NCBI GenBank assembly: GCA_021792095.1
Contig: JAJYVH010000001.1
Span: 445,324 to 509,323, forward strand
Source: Candidatus Micrarchaeota archaeon
Lineage (GTDB): Archaea; Micrarchaeota; Micrarchaeia; Micrarchaeales; CABMGC01
DNA: 64,000 nt
Reading direction: 5' to 3'
In this document: positions 25,641-33,551 of the stretch, in pieces
How the letters are laid out: every line of letters begins with the position of its first letter
Position numbering within the stretch: position 1 is the first letter of the stretch
Made by a program: the position numbers and the translations under genes
The notes under the pieces: generated by a model
Databases searched by the model: none
What the model was told of the DNA's origin: nothing
The model's input: only the letters and a program-made list of their open reading frames with translations

Positions 25641-26465
25641 ATGGACGGGCTGACAATAGTATACCTGGGGCTGACATGCGGCCTGGCTTTCATGCTGCTG
25701 GTGAACGCAGCCGCGTTCGGGCCGCTGGGGCTTGTTGTGGCCCTGCTTTCGCTTCTAGCAATAATGCTCATACTGGTGCTCAACTACGCCGACTTCATAC
25801 TGTTCCCTGCGATAACTAGGCTGCTGAGTATAAAGATGGTCCCCGCAAAGGGCTACTACATGCCGAAGGGCAGCGACGCGGTGATAAAGTATGTCAGCGG
25901 CCTCTACTACGCCACGGGCTACCTGACCGCTAACATATACAACTATGTCTTCGCTGCGGAGAGCGTGGATGAGGAGGAGGAGCAGAAGCTGGGCTCCGCG
26001 CCCGACAAGTGGGAGCGGATAGTGATGAACGCTGGCTTCCCCTTCAGGTTCAGCGTCATATCAATGCCCAAGGACCTGCAGAAGTACAGGGACGAGCTCG
26101 AGGGGTCGAGGGGCACGCTGGAGTACAGGCTGTCCAAGGAGCAGGAAGGCAGCCAGCCCAGCCAGCTCGTGATAGACGACCTCAACAGGAAGATAAGCGT
26201 CATAAACGCCAGGATAGACCGCATAGCGGCCGGGGAGAGGCCCGTGGACGCCACTATGTACATAGAGAGCACGGCCGTGGGGGTGAGCGAGAAGGAGGCG
26301 ATGGATGCGCTCAGCAACCAGCTCGCGCACCTGCAGACGCTCTTCAGCTCATTCGACCTCAGCATCGGCAGGGTCATGGGCAGGGAGGTGTACCACCTCT
26401 TCTCGTTCGGCTACGCGCTGCCGGAGTACAGCGCGCTGGAGCAGACGTTCAGCACACAGAAATAG
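25641..26465 (+). CDS. TM-anchored protein, candidate VirB3/VirB4 N-terminal-domain-like (copy B)
   Basis: 274 aa that starts directly after the upstream stop. It has two TM helices, then KGYYMPKGSDAVIKYVSGLYYATGYLTANIY...GFPFRFSVISMPKD. It is a paralog of 24810-25640 and 1093-1818. Confidence 0.55.
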   Translation: MDGLTIVYLGLTCGLAFMLLVNAAAFGPLGLVVALLSLLAIMLILVLNYADFILFPAITRLLSIKMVPAKGYYMPKGSDAVIKYVSGLYYATGYLTANIYNYVFAAESVDEEEEQKLGSAPDKWERIVMNAGFPFRFSVISMPKDLQKYRDELEGSRGTLEYRLSKEQEGSQPSQLVIDDLNRKISVINARIDRIAAGERPVDATMYIESTAVGVSEKEAMDALSNQLAHLQTLFSSFDLSIGRVMGREVYHLFSFGYALPEYSALEQTFSTQK

Positions 26466-26523
26466 GCATATATGCTTGGCGTGATTATTTGATGCTTGGA
26501 AGCGTTTCAAGGGGCGGGTCCGC

Positions 26524-28029
26524 ATGAGCATGGTACGCGTGCAGAGCATAATGAGCAACGAGCTCGCGAAGAGGAGCATCTTCTCGAGGCCGCCCGAGCC
26601 GCCGCACGAGTACCTGCTCAACGACCCCTCGACGTCAATATTCATAGGCATAACGAAGCTGTTCAGCGTGCCCTTCACGTGGACTTTCGCCAACCTCACC
26701 AACCCGCACATAGCTGTGGTGGGAATAACTGGCGCAGGGAAGAGCTACTTCGTCAAGACCTTCCTTACCAGGGCCAGCTACGTCTGGAACACGAACGCCA
26801 TAATAGTCGACTGGGCCGGCGAGTACAAGGCGTGGGTAAAGCAGAGCGGCGGCACTGTGGTCTCGCTGGGGAAGGGCGACTTCATCAACATAATGGACCT
26901 CTCTGGCATGAAGCCAGTGGACAGGGCCAAGCAGATAATGAACTCGCTCGAGATACTAACAGACATAGCGGAATTTCCAGAGCAGAAGAGGCTCACAGCG
27001 GAGGCGCTGGAGCAGGCGTACGTGAACTTCGGGTTCGCGTCGTCGCAGCTCCCCGAGCCGGGCAAGGAGGTGCCGACGCTCAAGGAGGTGATAGCGCTGC
27101 TGGAGGAGAAGCTGCAGGAGGGCAGCTACGAGTACCCGGCGGAGCTGGAGAACGCTGTGTACAGGCTCAGGCAGTTCGCAAGGGAGGGCGAGGACTACTT
27201 CGCGAGGAAGAGCACCATAGACCTGGGCAGGCTGGCGAGCTCGGGCCTCGTGTCCATAGACCTGTCCAACCTTCCCGACGAGAAGTTCAGGGCCATGGCC
27301 GCGCTGTTCATACTCCAGACGCTGAAGGAGAAGATGCGCACCGAGGGCTGGAGCGCCTCCAAGGGGCTGAAGGCGCTGGTCGTGCTGGACGAGGCGTGGA
27401 AGGTGGCGAGCGACGAGAGGAGCGACGCTGTCATGATAGTCCGCGAGGGCAGGAAGTACCAGTTCGGCCTCATAGTAGCCTCGCAGAACCCCACGGACAT
27501 AAACGAGGCTATATTCTCGAACGTGGGCACTACTATAATGCTGCGCGTCAAGTTCGAGAAGTTCCTGGACTATTTGCAGGGTTCGCTGAACTTCTCGGGC
27601 TTCATGAGGGGCGAGATAAGCAAGTTCGGAGTGGGCCAGGCGGCGATAGACATGTCGTTCCAGACATCGGTGCAGTTCCCCGAGGTCTTCCTGATAAACA
27701 GGGTGGTCGGCGAGGTGCCGCTCGATGTCTACACTATAACGATGGCCGACATACTCAACGAGCAGGAGCTCTCCAACCCCGACGTGCAGAAGGAGCTGAG
27801 CATGGAGAAGATAGACATAAACTCCAGGCTGATACAGGCCAACTTCAACAGCGACACAATAAACGACATATTCAAGGAGCTGGACGCGAGGAACAGGATG
27901 ATAGACATAAGGGGGCTAGTGCAGATACTCTCGGGCGAGAAGGTGAGCAAGGAGGCGATAGTGGAGCTGCTGAGGAGCTTCGGGCTGCAGGACAGCATCA
28001 TAACCAGGGTGTTCGTATACGTGACGTAA
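26524..28029 (+). CDS. VirB4/TrbE-like secretion ATPase (FtsK-HerA superfamily) lacking the usual N-terminal domain
   Basis: 501 aa with Walker A HIAVVGITGAGKSYF, DWAGEY, Walker B ALVVLDEAWKV, and REGRKYQFGLIVASQNPTD. A DEAW Walker B (rather than the EEAH of HerA) favours the VirB4 type. The C-terminal about 90 aa are helical repeats. Confidence 0.8.
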   Translation: MSMVRVQSIMSNELAKRSIFSRPPEPPHEYLLNDPSTSIFIGITKLFSVPFTWTFANLTNPHIAVVGITGAGKSYFVKTFLTRASYVWNTNAIIVDWAGEYKAWVKQSGGTVVSLGKGDFINIMDLSGMKPVDRAKQIMNSLEILTDIAEFPEQKRLTAEALEQAYVNFGFASSQLPEPGKEVPTLKEVIALLEEKLQEGSYEYPAELENAVYRLRQFAREGEDYFARKSTIDLGRLASSGLVSIDLSNLPDEKFRAMAALFILQTLKEKMRTEGWSASKGLKALVVLDEAWKVASDERSDAVMIVREGRKYQFGLIVASQNPTDINEAIFSNVGTTIMLRVKFEKFLDYLQGSLNFSGFMRGEISKFGVGQAAIDMSFQTSVQFPEVFLINRVVGEVPLDVYTITMADILNEQELSNPDVQKELSMEKIDINSRLIQANFNSDTINDIFKELDARNRMIDIRGLVQILSGEKVSKEAIVELLRSFGLQDSIITRVFVYVT

Positions 28030-28048
28030 CGCGCGGGGCGCATGGAGC

Positions 28049-28345
28049 ATGGGAGTGACTTTCACAGTAGGCAGGATGGAGCTGAAGCGCGTGCTCACGG
28101 CTCTCGGCGTCAGCGAGAGGAGCATAGACGACATGCTGGCAGAGATGAACAGGCAGCACAGGCACGTCAACGTGGTTGCGTTCGCGGGCATGCTGCAGAA
28201 GGTGGGGCTGGACCCCGACGAGGCCGCGAACGTGCTCAGGCGCATAGGCGTTGACGACGTTTCGATAGCGAGCGCCTTCGACACTCTCGACGAGGAGCGC
28301 ATAAAGGGTGCGTACGGCAAGGTGGTGGACCTAGTGGTGGAGTGA
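28049..28345 (+). CDS. small helical protein related to the ATPase C-terminal repeat module
   Basis: 98 aa with repeated L..(L/I)G(V/L)....I units: RVLTALGVSERSIDDML, MLQKVGLDPDEAANVL, RRIGVDDVSIASAF. The tail of the 501-aa ATPase (LLRSFGLQDSIITRVF) and the ATPase at 1-1092 (MRELAVDEGDIAAAF) carry the same units. Confidence 0.5.
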   Translation: MGVTFTVGRMELKRVLTALGVSERSIDDMLAEMNRQHRHVNVVAFAGMLQKVGLDPDEAANVLRRIGVDDVSIASAFDTLDEERIKGAYGKVVDLVVE

Positions 28346-28346
28346 A

Positions 28347-28706
28347 GTGCAGAGGAAGAGTTACTGCATAATCTGCGGTGCCGAGAAGAAGGGGCTGGAG
28401 GTACAGGACGATTGGGAACTGGGCGCGATACGCTGGTTCAAGAGGAACGTCACCAAGAACGAGAAGGGGAACAGGCTCGTCGTCTGCAGGGAGTGCTATC
28501 CCAAGTACGAGGCAAGCAGGGGCAAGTTCGAGTCCAGGCAGAAGCTCTACATCGCGCTCGGGGCCATCTTCGCTGTGCTGAGCCTCGTGCTGTCCCCGAG
28601 CCTGACTTCCGTGCTGCTCGCCGTGTCCATCATGCTGATAATGCTTGCGCTCTCGCTGCTGAGCTACACGCCGAAGATAAGCATAAAAACTAGGCACGAG
28701 AAGTGA
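28347..28706 (+). CDS. zinc-ribbon protein with two C-terminal TM helices
   Basis: 119 aa with a GTG start 1 nt after the upstream stop. CIICGAEKKG...VCRECYP gives CxxC...CxxC, followed by LYIALGAIFAVLSLVL and VLLAVSIMLIMLALSLL. Confidence 0.6.
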   Translation: MQRKSYCIICGAEKKGLEVQDDWELGAIRWFKRNVTKNEKGNRLVVCRECYPKYEASRGKFESRQKLYIALGAIFAVLSLVLSPSLTSVLLAVSIMLIMLALSLLSYTPKISIKTRHEK

Positions 28707-28731
28707 TATCGCTCACAGCGGGTGTTGATGC

Positions 28732-29457
28732 GTGGAGGAGAGTGTAGAGGGAGAGCCAAAGGTGGAGAGCGTCGAATTTCCGGGGAAGCTCAACGCGAGT
28801 ATCGACGAATTAGCCCAGAAGATAGCCGCCATACCCTTCTACTCGGTGCAGAAGAGCGAGGGCTCTCTGGAAGTGGCGAGGATAGAGAGCAGGAACGTGC
28901 ACAAGATGCCCTTCCTGTTCTACATAATAAACATAGGCCCGGCCTCGATGCAGGTGACCTATTCCATCGCGCCGGGCAGCAGCGACAGGCTGCGCCGCGC
29001 AGACGTGATAAGGAACGTGGCCTCGTTCCTGGCGATACTCGGCGACAGCTTCGAGGTGGACACGGGCAAGTTCCTGCAGTACGTAGATTCGTCGCTCGCC
29101 AACCTGATAAGCGGCCTGTCGCAGAGCTACAGCACCCTGTTCAACAAGTACGACGCGCTGCTCAACGAGTACGTGGAGGACAAGAAGCTGCTCCATGAGC
29201 TGGAAGCCTCGAACAGGAACCTGACAATACAGACGAGCCAGCTCAACGATGACAACAAGGCGCTCACGCAGCAGCTGAAGTCGCTGCAAACCTATTCCGA
29301 CGAGTCGCTCATGGCCATGATCCAGGACTGGCTCGACGTGCACAACAGCTCGATAGACGTAGGCGAGTTCGCCAAAGCCTACAAGGTGACGGAGCCCAGG
29401 GTTGAGCAGATACTGGACAGGATGGTGTCCATGGGCTACATAGAGCTGAAGAGCTGA
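28732..29457 (+). CDS. coiled-coil protein with C-terminal winged-helix-like domain
   Basis: 241 aa with a central heptad-like region (LLNEYVEDKKLLHELEASNRNLTIQTSQLNDDNKALTQQLKSLQ). The C-terminus is IDVGEFAKAYKVTEPRVEQILDRMVSMGYIELKS. Confidence 0.55.
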   Translation: MEESVEGEPKVESVEFPGKLNASIDELAQKIAAIPFYSVQKSEGSLEVARIESRNVHKMPFLFYIINIGPASMQVTYSIAPGSSDRLRRADVIRNVASFLAILGDSFEVDTGKFLQYVDSSLANLISGLSQSYSTLFNKYDALLNEYVEDKKLLHELEASNRNLTIQTSQLNDDNKALTQQLKSLQTYSDESLMAMIQDWLDVHNSSIDVGEFAKAYKVTEPRVEQILDRMVSMGYIELKS

Positions 29458-29461
29458 TACG

Positions 29462-29617
29462 GTGCGATACGCGGTAACTGTAAACAGGAAGTACAAGTAC
29501 GTGAAGGTGTACAGGGTCGTGAAGAGGGTGAGCGGCGGCACGAACAAGCTCTCGGAGTTTACCGCAAGGTTCATAGACAGGCTGGTGCAGGGAAAGAAGG
29601 CCAAAGGGCAGGCGTAG
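29462..29617 (+). CDS. small basic protein (51 aa), below ORF-track cutoff
   Basis: My translation from GTG 29462 is MRYAVTVNRKYKYVKVYRVVKRVSGGTNKLSEFTARFIDRLVQGKKAKGQA*. It fills the gap between neighbouring genes almost exactly (4 nt and 7 nt spacers), which argues for a real gene. Confidence 0.4.
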   Translation: MRYAVTVNRKYKYVKVYRVVKRVSGGTNKLSEFTARFIDRLVQGKKAKGQA

Positions 29618-29624
29618 TGGTGCT

Positions 29625-31955
29625 ATGAGGCTCGTGTTCAAGGCAGTCGCCGCCGCCGTGGTGCTGGCCGCCGTCCTTCTGCTAGTATCGCTCTACGTGA
29701 CAAGCGCGCTGGGCGCGATACGCGCCCCGGCAGGCCCGAGCGTCCAGAAGCTGGGCGTTGTTTCGGTGAACGCCAACGCGGGCAGCGTTTACCTGTTGAG
29801 CTACGCCAACGGCACCGAGCCCCTGCTGTATTCGCTTGTCAGCTATTCGGAGCTCAACGCCACGCTTACCTCGGTCGGCTTCACTATATACGCGAAGAAC
29901 CCTGTCGAGCGCATATTCCTGCTGAACGTAAGCAACTACTGCGTATCGTGCTACAACGAGCAGGACCTGCAGTCCGGCCTCCAGACCTATTTGGCCGCCT
30001 ACGACCTGATAAGGAACTCGACGAGCTTCGCTACGGTCAACGCCTCCGGTTTGGGCTCCCTGCCTCCCGGCTCCATAGTGATAATACCGTCCGGCCTCAT
30101 GCCTGAGTATCTAGTAAACGGGACGAGCCCCGGGCTCGCGAGCCTGCTTGCGAAAGGGGACACTGTGGTGTACGTGGGCAGGAACTTCAACAGCTCCATA
30201 GGCAGCGACGGGCTGATCTTCCTTACGCCTGCCACCACGCTCGCCGAGCTTGCTTCGCTGCGCCTCTCGACAAGCAATATCAACGCCTCCGCTCCCGCTC
30301 CGGCCGGCTCGGCCAACCTGACTTTCGCGAACCCCGAATTCAAGTTCCAGTACGGGGCAAGCAACGGGAACCTCACCTACGTGTCTTCCCTGAACGGCAC
30401 TCTGGTCGCTTTCCCTAACTACCCCAAGGACGGCTGGGGCTCGGCCATAGCCGAAGCCAGGGACATAGCCAGCGCTATCAACGATTCCTTCTGGGTGCGC
30501 GAGCTCGGCCATTCGACAACATACCTGTTCACAAACGGTGCCGCTAGCGGAACCATAGGCGCATTCACGAACGCCACCGGCGTCAGCGCACCTGGCATAA
30601 ACGGCACCTACTCTGTGGTAAGCGTGGTCGCGAGCAACCAGAACAGCCTTGCCATGCGGAAGCTGGTGCTCCAGAACGTGTACGCGCAGAACGGCACTGT
30701 CTCGCTACCACCGCAGGTCGGGGTGACGCAGCAGGTGCCTGTATCGATGCGCGTGACCAACACAACGGCGCAGCTCCTGCTGCACGTCGATATCTATAAC
30801 AGGAACATGAGCTACGTAGGGTCAATACCTGTCGGCTTCGTGAGCAACGAAGCGGCGGTGGTCAAGTACCACACGTTCGGCCTGCCAGGCGGCTATTACG
30901 TGCTCCAGCTGAGGGACTTCAACGACAGGTACTACGGCGGCGCGATGCTGTACGTCGCCCCTGTGAACATAACGCCAGTTTCGCTCGACTTCAACAACGG
31001 CACCTTCGTCTTCTCCGCATACAGCAACGGCATAGCGCTTAACAACGTCAGCTACAACGCAAGCCTCAACGGCCTCTACGCCTCGTCGGGCACGGTAAGC
31101 GGCGGCGTCATCTCGTATTCGATACCGAGCGGCGCGCCTATAAGCTACGGCAGCGAGAGGTTCAGCTTCGGCGTGCTAGGCACAGCTTACTCGTACGGCA
31201 CCAGCTACACCAAGCAGGTGCTCAACATACCTGTAATATACATCGAGTTCGTGATAGCTGCCGTTGTAGTGGTGCTGATCAACCTGCTACTCAAGCCCCC
31301 TAACCGCGACGAGTACTACATAGACGTGCCAGACTTCCCGCCCGGCACGCGCGAGAAGGTGCACGTCCAGAGGAGCGCGCTGCTGGGCGTGTTCGACAAG
31401 GTGAACTACTACCATGGCTGGAAGTACATGCCGCTCACGATAGACGAGGTCAAGCTCGGCATAGCAAACAACATACGCTCGGGCAACATGCCTGTCTCTG
31501 TCACCACGAGGAACCTCGAGGGCACGCTGGCCTCTCTGGAGCAGGCCAACGCCATAATGAGCACTGCCGGCTACTACGCCCCGGCGGCATGGTCCGCGGC
31601 GTCGGGGCACAGCATAGAGTACCTGGCCGTGTTCAGGCGGCTGCGCGACTACTGCGTGTCTCACGCTATACTGTTCACTGACATCGATGCCGACGAGCAC
31701 TCCGACATGCTCATGACGAAATCAGGCGTGCAGGTAAGCGCTTACATATACGCGCGAGGGGAACGCATGAAGAAAGTGGGCATCTCCAGGGAAGTGAGGA
31801 GCGTGGTAGTGTTCGCGAGCGACGACGCCGTGCGCGAATTCGAGCGGAAACTCTACGCATCCACATCAAGGCAGGCCGAGCTGCTCAAGCTTGGCATCGA
31901 GTACAGCTACCTCAGGCTACTGGACGTAGACAGCCTGGATCAGCTGGCGTTCTGA
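29625..31955 (+). CDS. large bitopic surface protein (N-glycosylation-sequon-rich ectodomain, one TM, cytoplasmic C-terminal domain)
   Basis: 776 aa with signal/anchor MRLVFKAVAAAVVLAAVLLLVSLYV. The ectodomain of about 520 aa has well over a dozen N-x-S/T sequons. A TM helix (IPVIYIEFVIAAVVVVLINLLL) follows, then a cytoplasmic domain of about 230 aa. It is the last gene of the operon. Confidence 0.65.
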   Translation: MRLVFKAVAAAVVLAAVLLLVSLYVTSALGAIRAPAGPSVQKLGVVSVNANAGSVYLLSYANGTEPLLYSLVSYSELNATLTSVGFTIYAKNPVERIFLLNVSNYCVSCYNEQDLQSGLQTYLAAYDLIRNSTSFATVNASGLGSLPPGSIVIIPSGLMPEYLVNGTSPGLASLLAKGDTVVYVGRNFNSSIGSDGLIFLTPATTLAELASLRLSTSNINASAPAPAGSANLTFANPEFKFQYGASNGNLTYVSSLNGTLVAFPNYPKDGWGSAIAEARDIASAINDSFWVRELGHSTTYLFTNGAASGTIGAFTNATGVSAPGINGTYSVVSVVASNQNSLAMRKLVLQNVYAQNGTVSLPPQVGVTQQVPVSMRVTNTTAQLLLHVDIYNRNMSYVGSIPVGFVSNEAAVVKYHTFGLPGGYYVLQLRDFNDRYYGGAMLYVAPVNITPVSLDFNNGTFVFSAYSNGIALNNVSYNASLNGLYASSGTVSGGVISYSIPSGAPISYGSERFSFGVLGTAYSYGTSYTKQVLNIPVIYIEFVIAAVVVVLINLLLKPPNRDEYYIDVPDFPPGTREKVHVQRSALLGVFDKVNYYHGWKYMPLTIDEVKLGIANNIRSGNMPVSVTTRNLEGTLASLEQANAIMSTAGYYAPAAWSAASGHSIEYLAVFRRLRDYCVSHAILFTDIDADEHSDMLMTKSGVQVSAYIYARGERMKKVGISREVRSVVVFASDDAVREFERKLYASTSRQAELLKLGIEYSYLRLLDVDSLDQLAF

Positions 31956-33460
31956 ACCTCAGCTGCCCCGCCGCCCTCCTTGTCTTCACGGCTCAGGAGC
32001 GCGCTGTACTTCTTCCCCACCAGCGCCCTGAGCTCCTTCTCTATCGCCTTGCTGTCCTTGCCCGTTATCTCGTGGAGGTCCGACGAGAGCTGGCTCACGT
32101 ACCTGGCTATTGTGCTGTAGGCGCTCTCCTGCGCGTCCCTGTGCCTCTCCCCGCTCAGGAACTTCTGCAGCTTCCTCGCGGCGTCCATGACAGCCAGCTT
32201 TATCTCCTCCACTATCTCGTCCTCCTGCGCTATCGCCTGCTTGCCCACTCCCGAATAGGGTATGTATACCGAGGACACGTTGACGAGCACGCTCACCGGC
32301 TCCTCGTCGAACTTCCTTATCGAGTATCTCTTCCAGTCTATCCCGTTGACCGCCTCGGATATGGCGCAGCTGCCCGAGTCGAAGAGCAGCGGCACCTTGT
32401 TGGCGAACCTCAGTATGCTTCCGCTCGCGCCCCCGCCGTTCTGCCTGCCGGCGCTGCCGCCGTAGGCTATGCCCACCTCCACGACGAAAGGTATGCCGCC
32501 CTTGAACACTCTGGGCTTCCTCTCCACCACGCTGACGAAACTGGGCGCCAGTATGTTCTTCATTGCTATCTCCACCTGCTGCTCCCCTATGCTCGACAGC
32601 GAGTCAAGGTCCGGCCCTATCCACTTGACCTGCCCGAAAGCGTTGACTATCTTGGTGGCGTCCTCCCAGGTGAGCTGCCTCGGCTCCTTCTCGAAGTCCA
32701 CATCCTTAGCCATCCCGGCCAGCTCCCTGACCTTGTCGTGCGTGACGCGCGAGAAAGAGTCCACTAGGAACGAGGTGACCTTCCTGCTCTCGCTCGCGTG
32801 CGCGAAGTCCAGCAGGTCGCTCGCGGATATGCCGAGCGGGTGCGGGAGTATCTGCTTGGGTCTGCGCGGCATCGTGTCCACGGACCTCGGAAACACCGCC
32901 TCGTTGCCGTCGGGCTCCGTGAGCCTTATGCTGGCGTGCGGGTTGGAGAGCGCGGTGCGCCACACATACTCGTAGACGCCGTGCTCGCTCTTCTCGTACT
33001 TGACATCGCCGAACTCGCCCTCGATCGCAAGGCCCCTGAAGTCGGGCGCTATCCTCTGCAGGTTGTTGACCAGCGGCCTGTTGCCCTTTATGTCTATGCT
33101 CAGGTCGCATTCGTACGCCTCCTTACCGGTGCTGGACCTGACGTGTACTGGTTTGCCCGTTGTTATCAGCGCGAATATGGTGCAGCCGCCTGCGCCGATG
33201 CCCTGCTGCCCCCTCTGCTGCATGTACCTGTGGAACTTGGTACCTGTGAGCACCGATGCGAGCGCCTTGCCGACGTGCTTTGAGGGTATGCCAGGCCCGT
33301 TGTCCCTCACATACACGCCATACCTGTTCTCAGCCAGCTCCTTCACCCTGATCTCTATGTCGGGCAGCACGCTGGCCTCCTCCGCGGCGTCGAGGCTGTT
33401 GCTCAGGTATTCGTGCACCACCGTGGTGAGCGAGCGTACCTTGCCCGCATAGCCGAGCAT
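31940..33460 (-). CDS. top6B: DNA topoisomerase VI subunit B (N-terminus probably longer than the ORF call)
   Basis: 506 aa with a GHKL/Bergerat fold (HEYLSNSLDA, VRDNGPGIP, GQQGIGAGG) and a transducer domain. The in-frame upstream codons encode ...NADDIFKEFKEHSITEFFRKNSQ-MLGYAG, matching the conserved Top6B N-terminus (SPAEFFKRNPELAGF type), but contain no ATG/GTG/TTG. Confidence 0.9.
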   Translation of the reverse strand: MLGYAGKVRSLTTVVHEYLSNSLDAAEEASVLPDIEIRVKELAENRYGVYVRDNGPGIPSKHVGKALASVLTGTKFHRYMQQRGQQGIGAGGCTIFALITTGKPVHVRSSTGKEAYECDLSIDIKGNRPLVNNLQRIAPDFRGLAIEGEFGDVKYEKSEHGVYEYVWRTALSNPHASIRLTEPDGNEAVFPRSVDTMPRRPKQILPHPLGISASDLLDFAHASESRKVTSFLVDSFSRVTHDKVRELAGMAKDVDFEKEPRQLTWEDATKIVNAFGQVKWIGPDLDSLSSIGEQQVEIAMKNILAPSFVSVVERKPRVFKGGIPFVVEVGIAYGGSAGRQNGGGASGSILRFANKVPLLFDSGSCAISEAVNGIDWKRYSIRKFDEEPVSVLVNVSSVYIPYSGVGKQAIAQEDEIVEEIKLAVMDAARKLQKFLSGERHRDAQESAYSTIARYVSQLSSDLHEITGKDSKAIEKELRALVGKKYSALLSREDKEGGGAAEVQNAS

Positions 33461-33551
33461 CTGGCTGTTCTTCCTGAAGAATTCGGTTATTGAGTGCTCC
33501 TTGAACTCCTTGAATATGTCGTCGGCATTCCTTGTCTCGTCGCCCGTGCGC

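Noticed and set aside
26496-28058. 520-aa alternative-frame ORF overlapping the VirB4-like ATPase. Similar long overlapping ORFs occur at 7653-8831, 10997-12148, 42634-43824, 43748-45130 and 47135-48526.
   Set aside because: All are Arg/Gly/His/Pro/Ala-rich low-complexity translations, typical of off-frame or antisense reading of GC-rich coding DNA. In each case the other frame gives a motif-rich, recognisable protein.
16313-31955. Idea that the secretion-like operon is an integrated conjugative plasmid or ICE
   Set aside because: No integrase, relaxase, coupling protein, replication gene or flanking tRNA/att repeats are visible. By eye, composition matches the surrounding housekeeping genes, and the operon abuts top6B directly. 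This cannot be fully excluded without the whole genome.
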